From a virus (lineage: Duplodnaviria; Caudoviricetes): 64,000 nt of DNA. The DNA lies in the IMG/VR virus record IMGVR_UViG_3300032116_022045. The stretch is one strand, 5' to 3'. Shown here in pieces: positions 50,089 to 58,214 of this stretch. Position numbers and translations under genes: made by a program. The notes beneath the pieces are model-generated. The model did not search any database and was not told where the DNA came from. It saw only the letters and a list, made by a program, of their open reading frames with translations. Each line of letters opens with the position of its first letter. The stretch's first letter is position 1.

Positions 50089-50399
50089 TTAAATATTTTT
50101 TTAACTTCATCCCAAGTTTTATTCTCTAAATTTACGGCATTTATTTTAGCAATTTCATCATCTTTAATACCTATAATATTTTTTAACATTGTGATTCTAA
50201 CCCACAATGCACCATTTTCCCATTTATCATCATCGTCTTTAAAAGAATGGATTGAATTCATTCTTGGGTCGTGGAACATACCAATCTCATCTTCCTTAAT
50301 AACCCCTTCAGTAATCTTTTGTTTTCTGGTAGTTTCTGTAATAATCTTATCGATTAAATTAACCAATTCACTTTCTTTAATTCTTACAACTTTTTTCAT
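50082..50399 (-). CDS. Leader-tagged protein A (105 aa); start revised
   Basis: MKKVVRIKESELVNLIDKIITETTRKQKITEG leader plus unique cargo; the longer ORF start reads through promoter and poly-T. Confidence 0.8.
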   Translation of the reverse strand: MKKVVRIKESELVNLIDKIITETTRKQKITEGVIKEDEIGMFHDPRMNSIHSFKDDDDKWENGALWVRITMLKNIIGIKDDEIAKINAVNLENKTWDEVKKIFNK

Positions 50400-50452
50400 A
50401 TCTTTTTTATGTTTTATAATAAATACATTAAGAAAAAAAAAAACCACAAATT
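50305..50452 (-). repeat. ~148-bp promoter + leader repeat, copy A
   Basis: Near-identical to 51029..51176 and 52112..52258. Confidence 0.95.
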
Positions 50453-50473
50453 TAATTATTTTTTTATTTACTA

Positions 50474-50536
50474 ATAAATAAAAAAACCCCTAATGTTATT
50501 TAGAGGTTTTATTCTTTTTTTGTGGTAGGTTATTTA
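50474..50536. repeat. Direct repeat containing a terminator-like hairpin, copy 2
   Basis: Partner of 50025..50088. Confidence 0.9.
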
Positions 50537-50577
50537 AAATAATTTTTTATTCTTAAATTTTCACTAACTTTTTGTTG

Positions 50578-51123
50578 TTAAGCTTGTGGTTTCGGTGCAT
50601 TGGGTCTTTGATTTGGATTTACCTCTCCACCCTTTCTTGTTGTTTTAGGACCTAGGGTAAGTCTGGCATAAGAATCTTTTTCTTCACCACCCCATCCGCT
50701 TCCAATCTCTATATATTCACCACTTAATCCTTTTTTTAGTTCTAGGTCTGGAAATTGCTTAGCAACTAAATTACCGTATTTTTGAGCATTAGCTTTATTA
50801 ACACCCCTAATATCAACATGTAATACATCACCATAAGCACTAATAAAAACGTTTTGATTTTTAACATCTGGACTTGTTACTTTTTTACCACCAAAATCTA
50901 GAAGTGGTGTCGCTCCTTCTTTTTTAAATAAAGAATATAATTGTTTACCGTAATTTTTTAATACTAAAGCATCTTCTTTCAAAACCATTTCTTCATTAAT
51001 AATCTGTTTTCCAGCTAAGTTTCTAACACCTTCAGTAATCTTTTGTTTTCTGGTAGTTTCTGTAATAATCTTATCGATTAAATTAACCAATTCACTTTCT
51101 TTAATTCTTACAACTTTTTTCAT
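50578..51123 (-). CDS. Leader-tagged protein B (181 aa); start revised
   Basis: Same leader, then IINEE/LKE motifs and unique cargo. Confidence 0.8.
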   Translation of the reverse strand: MKKVVRIKESELVNLIDKIITETTRKQKITEGVRNLAGKQIINEEMVLKEDALVLKNYGKQLYSLFKKEGATPLLDFGGKKVTSPDVKNQNVFISAYGDVLHVDIRGVNKANAQKYGNLVAKQFPDLELKKGLSGEYIEIGSGWGGEEKDSYARLTLGPKTTRKGGEVNPNQRPNAPKPQA

Positions 51124-51176
51124 ATCTTTTTTATGTTTTATAATAAATATATTAAGAAAAAAAAAAACCACAAATT
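51029..51176 (-). repeat. ~148-bp promoter + leader repeat, copy B
   Basis: Includes ATATTTAT (51143-51150) and half of the AAACCACAAA-TT-TTGTGGTTT terminator. Confidence 0.95.
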
Positions 51177-51222
51177 TTGTGGTTTTTTTCATTTGTGTAA
51201 TACCATTATATTCTCAATAATT

Positions 51223-52206
51223 TTACAAAATATCAGTTGATATAGAATCTTTATCAACTTCTAATTTATCGCCATTAGATTTTTTAAGTTTAAAAGTAAC
51301 TTCTTTAGTGGGTTCATCACCACTTTGAGATGTAACAATAATTGTATATTCTACACCGACTTGAAAATCTCGTTCATCCATCGACCCTTGACCATAAGAT
51401 TCTAAAGCATAAGCAAAATCTTCAGAATTTACTTCACCTAAATTATCTGGAATAATAACAGATTGAGTTCCATCTTGTCCTCTATGATAATATTCTTCTT
51501 CATTAATCATTTGTCTAATAGTTTTATTTGATTCTGTAATAATTTTATCGATTAAATTAACCAAATCACTTTCTTTAATTCTTACAACTTTTTTATTTTC
51601 ATTTATTTCTTTAGAATCAGGTATAATAACAGCATATCTTCCACCCCATTCTGATGTTCTTGGTATATTTGGGTCTCCTGGGAAAGCGGATAATACAATA
51701 TATTCATTAGGTATTGCAGTGCCTTTTTCATCTTTTTTTGGTCTAACGATTATTGTTAATTCATCTGTTCTAAATTGGTTTATTGGTGCTGTTGTTTTAA
51801 TTGCTGGTACTTTTATTTTATTAGGACCTTCAATTTTCTCAACTTCAGTTTCTTGAGCATTAGGTAATTTTTTAGCATCTTCTATTGGTAGTACCAAATT
51901 GTAACCAATATTTGGTACTTTAATATTTACTGTTCCAGTTGTATTAGCAATTTTATCAATATCATTTCTTTTATTTAATGTGTCTTGAACTATATTTAAA
52001 ACATCATCAATAGATTTAGCAAAAATAGAACCTTGACCAACTTTACCATGTACATCCTCTAATTTATCTTTTAATGACCAACCGCTAACATCTTTTGTTG
52101 GTATTGTAACGCCTTCAGTAATTTTTCTTTTTCTAGTAGTTTCTGTGATAATTTTATCGATTAAATTAACCAATTCACTTTCTTTAATTCTTACAACTTT
52201 TTTCAT
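51223..52206 (-). CDS. Leader-tagged protein C (327 aa) with two leader-cargo units; start revised
   Basis: Leader at the N-terminus and again internally (KKVVRIKESDLVNLIDKIITE, 51532..51594). Confidence 0.8.
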   Translation of the reverse strand: MKKVVRIKESELVNLIDKIITETTRKRKITEGVTIPTKDVSGWSLKDKLEDVHGKVGQGSIFAKSIDDVLNIVQDTLNKRNDIDKIANTTGTVNIKVPNIGYNLVLPIEDAKKLPNAQETEVEKIEGPNKIKVPAIKTTAPINQFRTDELTIIVRPKKDEKGTAIPNEYIVLSAFPGDPNIPRTSEWGGRYAVIIPDSKEINENKKVVRIKESDLVNLIDKIITESNKTIRQMINEEEYYHRGQDGTQSVIIPDNLGEVNSEDFAYALESYGQGSMDERDFQVGVEYTIIVTSQSGDEPTKEVTFKLKKSNGDKLEVDKDSISTDIL

Positions 52207-52258
52207 ATCTTTTTTATGTTTTATAATAAATACATTAAGAAAAAAAAAAACCACAAAT
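52112..52258 (-). repeat. ~147-bp promoter + leader repeat, copy C
   Basis: A few mostly synonymous changes versus A/B; terminator AAACCACAAAT-ATTTGTGGTTT at about 52248-52270. Confidence 0.95.
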
Positions 52259-52294
52259 ATTTGTGGTTTTTTGTTTGTGTTATTTATTATTATT

Positions 52295-53389
52295 TTAACT
52301 TGAACAACCAAAACATTCAAATTGACTGTCGGTTGGTTTTTTGGTAACGGTTATTTGTGTTGAAGCTAATTTTGTATTAGTGTCAAGCTTTGATTTTGTT
52401 CTAGTATAATAAACACCAGTTTTTAATCCACCTTTCCAAGCATACATTAATGCACTGGCAATTTTACCATATTTAGCATCAGAATGATAAACATTTAATG
52501 ACTGTGATTGGTCAACATATTTGTTTCTAATTATAGCTAAATCTAATAAAACTCTTTGTGGTATTTCCCATACATCTTTATACCTATACCTAACCTCTTC
52601 AGGTATTTCAGTAATGTTCTGTATACTTCCCTTATTCTTAATAACCTTATCAATCATTTCAACATCCCAAAGATTATTTTCAAGCAATTCATTAACAAGA
52701 TATTTGTTGATAACCAAAAACTCACCTTGACCAACACGCCTTGTAAATAAATTTGATGTTACAGGTTCAAATGATTCAAAAACACCTAATAAAATCGCAC
52801 TGGTAGCTGTAGGCATTAATCCTAATAACAAACTGTTATACAATGGTATTGGTTCTCCATTTGGTTTTGGTGACCATCCTTCAATATATGTTTCACCCTT
52901 TGAATATAAACTACCTTCCCAAGCTGGATAATTAACACCAAGTTCTTCAGCAATTGTCATTGATTCAATAATTGCTGATTTATACATTGTTTCAAATATC
53001 TTATGTGTCCATTCTTTAGCTTCTTCACTTTCAAAAGATATTTTTTTCTTTGCAAAGAAATCAGCTAAACCAGCTACACCAATTGCTAATGCTCTTTGTT
53101 CTAAACCAGCAGATTCGCTCCATTCATCACTCCATTTATTTTTATTTATAACCTCATTTAATCCTCTAACCAATATCTTTGTTGATGTTTCTATTGTATC
53201 AATATCATCATGTTCAGATAAATTAATTGATGCTAATGTGCATTGAGATGTTTTTCTTGGTGAGCTGGCCTGGAAAATTTCTGCACAGTTGTGGATAAGT
53301 ATTCCATTTGCAAAAAAATTATTATTACCATCTATCGTTAAATCATATACTGGTAATGTTGTCTCGATTTTTCTTATTTTAATCCCCAT
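52295..53389 (-). CDS. nrdA: Split-intein C fragment (34 aa, 53288..53389) fused to the C-terminal half of class Ia ribonucleotide reductase alpha
   Basis: MGIKIRK...VYDLTIDGNNNFFANGILIHN|CAEIFQ; CTLASINL, RALAIGVAGLAD, MPTATS, DQSQSLN, LKTGVYYTR. Confidence 0.93.
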   Translation of the reverse strand: MGIKIRKIETTLPVYDLTIDGNNNFFANGILIHNCAEIFQASSPRKTSQCTLASINLSEHDDIDTIETSTKILVRGLNEVINKNKWSDEWSESAGLEQRALAIGVAGLADFFAKKKISFESEEAKEWTHKIFETMYKSAIIESMTIAEELGVNYPAWEGSLYSKGETYIEGWSPKPNGEPIPLYNSLLLGLMPTATSAILLGVFESFEPVTSNLFTRRVGQGEFLVINKYLVNELLENNLWDVEMIDKVIKNKGSIQNITEIPEEVRYRYKDVWEIPQRVLLDLAIIRNKYVDQSQSLNVYHSDAKYGKIASALMYAWKGGLKTGVYYTRTKSKLDTNTKLASTQITVTKKPTDSQFECFGCSS

Positions 53390-53390
53390 A

Positions 53391-54428
53391 TTATTTTATT
53401 ATTTCATTTATGTTTGTTAATACTTTTTTTAGGTATACGTATCTTATTTTATTTTCATTACAATATTTTTTAGCGGCATTAATTTTCATTTCTTCATTTA
53501 ATTTTCCTTTTACACCCCTAATAAACCCTTTAATCTCTAATAATATTTTTTCACCATTATATTCGATTAAAAAATCTGGTAAGTATAACGTACCGTTTTC
53601 CTTTTCAATATAAAAAGGTTCATAACTATATATTATATTATTTAGTTCTAAAAATTCTATTGTTTTAAATTCCCAAGAACTTCTATACCTTATTATACTT
53701 TTATTTAAACAATTCTTTACTTTAATAAAACCAGTTTTAAAGAATTTTGTTGACCCCATATTTTCATTCCTATTCATGCTAATAGTTGATATTATTGACA
53801 TCATTTTTGTGTGTATAGTATTTATATTTTCATCACATATATTAATATCATTAATTTCATTCTTAAAGTTTAAAAATATCGTTTCATTTAAATATTTATT
53901 AGATTTTAAAAAATTTTTAACCTTTTTTATCTTATATTGTTTTGATTTTCTTAAATCTGAAATTGTTAATCCATATAATTTATTTATTTCATCTTCCGTT
54001 TTTAATGTTGTATCTATGTTTTTATTATTTAAAAATTTTATTTTAAAATTAATACTAGAGTTTTGAATTTTTTTTGTTTCTCTAAACGAATCGCCTCTAT
54101 TAATACCCTTCATTTTTATTTTCATCTTTTCAGAATGTTCTGGTCTTAATTTACCTTTACTATGATAACCCTTAAAAAAATTAACGCAGTCATCAGGCCA
54201 TGCAAATCTACCGTTCTTCCATATTTTTAATATGTTGTTATTTGAGTAACAATTCTTAAAATTATCAAATGTTAATACGTTATTTAAATATAAGTTTTTC
54301 AAAGCTTTGTGTTTTTGATATACATCTTTTATTATTTTATCAATATATTTAATTAATTCTGAATCAAATAACGTTATAAAATCTTTGTTATTAATTAATT
54401 CATTTATTTTTGTGTGTTTTTTTATCAT
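53391..54428 (-). mobile_element. Free-standing homing endonuclease, PD-(D/E)XK (TnsA-N/gp4-like) type
   Basis: YRSSWE...F.E...I.Y.YEP...YLPDF...LEIKG; basic repeats upstream; sits between the two intein halves. Confidence 0.75.
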
Positions 54429-54480
54429 ATAAATTGGTCTTTTTAATAAATATTTTAATTTATTAAAAAGACCAATTTAT
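54429..54480 (-). promoter_or_regulatory. 22-bp perfect hairpin abutting the endonuclease start codon, with an embedded late motif
   Basis: ATAAATTGGTCTTTTTAATAAA (54429-54450) / TTTATTAAAAAGACCAATTTAT (54459-54480); ATATTTAT on the minus strand at 54446-54453. Confidence 0.8.
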
Positions 54481-54487
54481 GTTTAGG

Positions 54488-55969
54488 TTATTGTAATATT
54501 TTTAACATATCGTTTTCAATTAAGTCTTTAGCCATAACATACCCTCTATTAATTGTATATATTTTATGTTCTGGTGTGCATATTAGTTTTTTATTTGTTT
54601 TATCATCTATTATTTCTAAAACTTCTGCATCTTTACTAGTCATAGCTGATGCTAATAGCTGTTTGTATTCTATAATATCGTTTTCAATATTATAAGATTT
54701 AACTAATATATTCTTATTGACTTTAAATAATTCATTTAATGTTTTGATATCAACCTTATGTTCTTCATTATCTAAAATTATGTCTATTATTGAATCTTCA
54801 GATATGCATAGATTACTCATTTTAATTGGACCAATATTTGATTGCATATTTCTTTTGTTAGCGTTGTCTTTATACATAACATAAGGTCTGCCACTCTCAA
54901 CTTGAGATTTAATAATAGAGTCAAATATTTCTTTAGGATTTACTTTCTTACCTATACCTAGATTAACAGCTTTTTCATACTCTTCATTAAATTCAGTACC
55001 ATATAAATCATATAATGGTCTTAATCCAGCTTTTTTAATATCATTAGGACAAAATAAATACCAATCACCACCAGTTTCTAATCTCTCCATAAACAAATCA
55101 TTTATTACAACAGCTGTAAATAAATCACGTGTTCTTAATTGTTCATCCCCAATTGGTAATGTTAATTCTAAGAAATCAATAATATCTTTATGCCAAACAG
55201 ATAAATATAAAGCGCAACTACCAGAACGAGAACCTTGTTTATAAAATCTCATTTTTGATTGTACCATGTCAGCAAATCTAACAATACCACCAGCATTACC
55301 TTGAAAAGATTCTACAACACTTTCTTTGCTTCTTAATGGGTCAACCAATAACCCAATACCAGAACCTTCTTTAGATGCTGCTGATATCATCGTTAATGTG
55401 TTTTCTATTTCTTGAAAGCTATCCCCTTCTAAATGTGTTAAGTTACAAGAAATCATACCACCTCGTTTATCAATACCAGCATTGGTATAAATTGGTGTGG
55501 CAAAATTAATTCTTTTTAAATTAAGCTCATTTATTAAATTATTTCTTAACTCTTCATTATCACCATGTAAATGATTTGCAACCCTTTCATACATACATGA
55601 TGGTAATTCAATAGGGTTTTTATTAGAATCTCTTTTAGAATATTTAGTTAAAAAAGTTGTTGCAGCAAAAAAATCATATGTTAAATCAACTGGTTTTAAT
55701 TCTTTACCAATTAATTTAGATTGTCTACTTAATAAAATCCTACCACCAAGTAATGAATAATCTGGGTGTTGTATTATCTTGTCAGCCGCTTTAAACGCTA
55801 TTATCTCGTCAATCTCAGTTGTTGTTATGTTATCCGTTATCAATGGTATAACCTCTTGAAATAATGAATCAGAATCAATTTTTAATCCATTTGATTGACC
55901 TTTTATTCTACTTAGAATCTTATTTGGCATAAATGCCTGTGTCGTTTTATCTCTCTTTAATATTCTCAT
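54488..55969 (-). CDS. nrdA: N-terminal half of ribonucleotide reductase alpha (387 aa) fused to split-intein N fragment (106 aa, 54488..54808)
   Basis: ATPIYTNAG, ISCNL, EGSGIG, QGSRSGS, SGRPY, KMSNL|CISEDS...CTPEHKIYT.NRGYV.AKDL...*. Confidence 0.93.
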   Translation of the reverse strand: MRILKRDKTTQAFMPNKILSRIKGQSNGLKIDSDSLFQEVIPLITDNITTTEIDEIIAFKAADKIIQHPDYSLLGGRILLSRQSKLIGKELKPVDLTYDFFAATTFLTKYSKRDSNKNPIELPSCMYERVANHLHGDNEELRNNLINELNLKRINFATPIYTNAGIDKRGGMISCNLTHLEGDSFQEIENTLTMISAASKEGSGIGLLVDPLRSKESVVESFQGNAGGIVRFADMVQSKMRFYKQGSRSGSCALYLSVWHKDIIDFLELTLPIGDEQLRTRDLFTAVVINDLFMERLETGGDWYLFCPNDIKKAGLRPLYDLYGTEFNEEYEKAVNLGIGKKVNPKEIFDSIIKSQVESGRPYVMYKDNANKRNMQSNIGPIKMSNLCISEDSIIDIILDNEEHKVDIKTLNELFKVNKNILVKSYNIENDIIEYKQLLASAMTSKDAEVLEIIDDKTNKKLICTPEHKIYTINRGYVMAKDLIENDMLKILQ

Positions 55970-55976
55970 ATAATTA

Positions 55977-56008
55977 CAAATTTACTACTTTTTTTTAAAT
56001 ATAACAAA
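55977..56008 (-). promoter_or_regulatory. Bacteroidota sigmaA-type promoter for nrdA
   Basis: TTTG-N20-TAAATTTG, 7 nt before the ATG. Confidence 0.75.
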
Positions 56009-56080
56009 GAAACAAATAACAAATAAAATATAAAAAAAAAATTATTATTTATAAAAAATCAATACTTTTTTTCTTTTAAC

Positions 56081-56088
56081 ATATTTAT
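56081..56088 (+). promoter_or_regulatory. Putative late promoter motif ATATTTAT for the tail tube gene
   Basis: Upstream of ATG 56144. Confidence 0.5.
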
Positions 56089-56143
56089 TATTAACAATAA
56101 CAAAAATAAAAAAATAACAATTAACTAAAAAAAATAAATTACT

Positions 56144-56632
56144 ATGGCCGATTTACTCATGAAAATGCCACTACCTTATGAACCTAAAAGAAAAAATAGG
56201 TGGCTTATTACTTTTCCAGCAGATTTAGGTATTCAACAATGGTGGTTGTCTTCAGCTTCAAGACCATCAATAACACAAAATGAAACTGAAATAGCATTTT
56301 TAAATACCTCAACTTGGGTTGTGGGTCGTTTTAATTGGGAAGCTATTGATGTTACTTTCCGTGACCCTATCGGACCTTCAGCTTCTCAAGCTATTATGGA
56401 ATGGGTTCGTTTACACTCAGAATCAATTACTGGTAGACAAGGTTATGCAGTTGGTTATAAAAGACCTGTAGAATTGGAAATGCTTGACCCTACTGGTGTT
56501 GTGGTTGAAAAATGGTTACTTGATGGTACTATGTTAACTAACGTTAATTTTGGTGACCTTTCTTTTGAAGATGATGGTATTGCTGAAATTACAGCAACTT
56601 TAAGATTTGATAGAGCAATACTCCTTTTTTGA
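56144..56632 (+). CDS. Tail tube protein (T4 gp19-like)
   Basis: YEPKRKNRW, S.SRPS, GRFNWE.I.VTFRDPI.PSASQA.MEW, YK....L.MLDPTG..VEKW.L.G, F.DL...DD....I..TLRFDRA. Confidence 0.85.
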   Translation: MADLLMKMPLPYEPKRKNRWLITFPADLGIQQWWLSSASRPSITQNETEIAFLNTSTWVVGRFNWEAIDVTFRDPIGPSASQAIMEWVRLHSESITGRQGYAVGYKRPVELEMLDPTGVVVEKWLLDGTMLTNVNFGDLSFEDDGIAEITATLRFDRAILLF

Positions 56633-56668
56633 TTTTTTGATTATCAACTACTTACGTATTTTTTTAAT

Positions 56669-56696
56669 AAAAACTCTTTCAAACGAAAGAGTTTTT
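56669..56696. terminator. Bidirectional intrinsic terminator
   Basis: AAAAACTCTTTC-AAAC-GAAAGAGTTTTT. Confidence 0.85.
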
Positions 56697-56718
56697 TTAT
56701 TTTAATATAATTAAGTGT

Positions 56719-56802
56719 ATGTCAGAATCAGAAATTATGTTATCTAGAGGTATAAATAAGATATATGATTGTGGTACTGTTAAATGGGTAATTAATTACT
56801 AA
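56719..56802 (+). pseudogene. Remnant of the C-terminus of a phage mobile endonuclease
   Basis: Translates MSESEIMLSRGINKIYDCGTVKWVINY*, resembling the recalled E.EIM..RG..(R/K)I(Y/W)DCG..K tail. Confidence 0.5.
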
Positions 56803-57685
56803 ACGTGTCAAAAATTTTTCTATGGAACTCATCGTAGGTTAAATCTGGTGATATTGTTACAATAGGGTTAATTTTTATTTCTAAATTTATTGGTAGTTCT
56901 TTATTTAATATTTTTGCTGCCATATATCTATGATGACCATCTTCTATATAAAACCCTGGTTTTTTATTTTTAATTTTTAAAAATGAGACATCAATTGGTT
57001 CTGATAAGTTTATTTTTTTAGCCCATTCTTTTGGTGATAAACCGCTTTTTTCTATTTCATATACAACATTTTCCAAATCGGCTAACCATTTTAATTTTAA
57101 TTCTTTTGGTTTTAAGGTTTTAATATCTTCTTCAGAAAAACCATGTGCTAATCTATCTAATAGTTCTATTGATAAACCACCACTTCTAAGTAATTGTTCT
57201 GATGTTTCATATTTTGATAATTCTTTTTTTAAATCATTAATGTATAAATCATTTTTAAATTTAAAAACATCATTATATAATGTGTTTTCAGTTATTAGTT
57301 CGTCAAAAATAACATCCCATTTGGTTAGAGGTATCCACCCATATTTTGTTTTTATTTCTAATTTATTTACTGGGATATTTTCAAATGTTATATATTCATC
57401 ACCTTTATTATTTTTTATTCTGTTAGACAATTCAAAATCATCAGTTAAAATTGTTCTTAATATTACCATTCTATCTTTACCACCTTTAGACATGGCATAA
57501 TATTTTGCATAATCAATATCGTTTGTGAAGCTAATTGAAGGTTTTATTTCACCAACATTATTTGTTTTAATATAACCATCTTTTTTTATATTGTTTGCAG
57601 CACCTTTACTAGTCCCATGATAAAGATAAATCTGTTCATTATTATTGGTAATTTCCCTTAATAGTTTTCTTATTAGTTGTTTCAT
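56792..57685 (-). CDS. Leader-tagged ADP-ribosyltransferase-like domain plus ParB-like domain
   Basis: MKQLIRKLLRE; YLYHGTS...I...G...SFT.D..YA..YA...E; C-terminal IEDGHHRYMAAK. Confidence 0.7.
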   Translation of the reverse strand: MKQLIRKLLREITNNNEQIYLYHGTSKGAANNIKKDGYIKTNNVGEIKPSISFTNDIDYAKYYAMSKGGKDRMVILRTILTDDFELSNRIKNNKGDEYITFENIPVNKLEIKTKYGWIPLTKWDVIFDELITENTLYNDVFKFKNDLYINDLKKELSKYETSEQLLRSGGLSIELLDRLAHGFSEEDIKTLKPKELKLKWLADLENVVYEIEKSGLSPKEWAKKINLSEPIDVSFLKIKNKKPGFYIEDGHHRYMAAKILNKELPINLEIKINPIVTISPDLTYDEFHRKIFDTFSN

Positions 57686-57700
57686 TTATCTTTTTTTTTA

Positions 57701-58210
57701 TTAAAATAAATCAATATAATATTTTTGGGTGAATTCTTCTATTTTAAATAGGGTTCTGTTCATATCATTTATTATTCTATCTAATTCGTTTTTTGGTATT
57801 TCTTCATTATTTTTTACCATTATTTCTTTATTATAAGATAGGGTTTCATTTAAACCTTTCATCGCAATAATAAAAACTCTAAATGTTAAATCATCCATTT
57901 CTTTTGGTTGCATTGTATGAAATTGATTTTTTATAATAAATTTATGAAACGTATTATCATTTATTTTATGTGGGTAATAAATGATTTCAGATGAGATGTT
58001 TAACTGTGGGAATTTTATTATTTCATCACCCATCATCATTGTTACGTTTTCATTATAAACTACTCTTTGTGCTTCTAATCTTTTTTCGTCTCTAGGGTGT
58101 TTAAATATATTATATTCTTTAAGAAAAGGGATTCTTTTAATTAATATATCTTTAATATTATTGTTTGATTCTAAGTTTTCTCTTAGTAATTTTTTAATTA
58201 ATTTTTTCAT
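57701..58210 (-). CDS. Leader-tagged hypothetical protein; start revised to ATG 58210
   Basis: MKKLIKKLLRENLE N-terminus. Confidence 0.7.
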   Translation of the reverse strand: MKKLIKKLLRENLESNNNIKDILIKRIPFLKEYNIFKHPRDEKRLEAQRVVYNENVTMMMGDEIIKFPQLNISSEIIYYPHKINDNTFHKFIIKNQFHTMQPKEMDDLTFRVFIIAMKGLNETLSYNKEIMVKNNEEIPKNELDRIINDMNRTLFKIEEFTQKYYIDLF

Positions 58211-58214
58211 GTTA

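Noticed and set aside
50305-52258. Leader repeats as DGR template/variable regions
   Set aside because: No reverse transcriptase in the window; differences are few, mostly synonymous and not adenine-specific; the repeat is the conserved part, not the variable part.
50400-52320. Longer N-termini predicted for the three leader genes (VVFFFLNVFIIKHKKD)
   Set aside because: They translate the terminator poly-T and promoter; the shared ATG of MKKVV follows the motif at normal spacing.
54429-54480. Hairpin as a group I intron element or terminator joining the nrdA halves at RNA level
   Set aside because: No intron core sequences; both halves carry intein blocks with their own stop and start, so joining is at protein level; no U-tract.
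56636-56658. TGATTATCAACTACTTACG as a recombinase binding site
   Set aside because: Single copy in the window, no inverted partner and no recombinase; cannot be supported.
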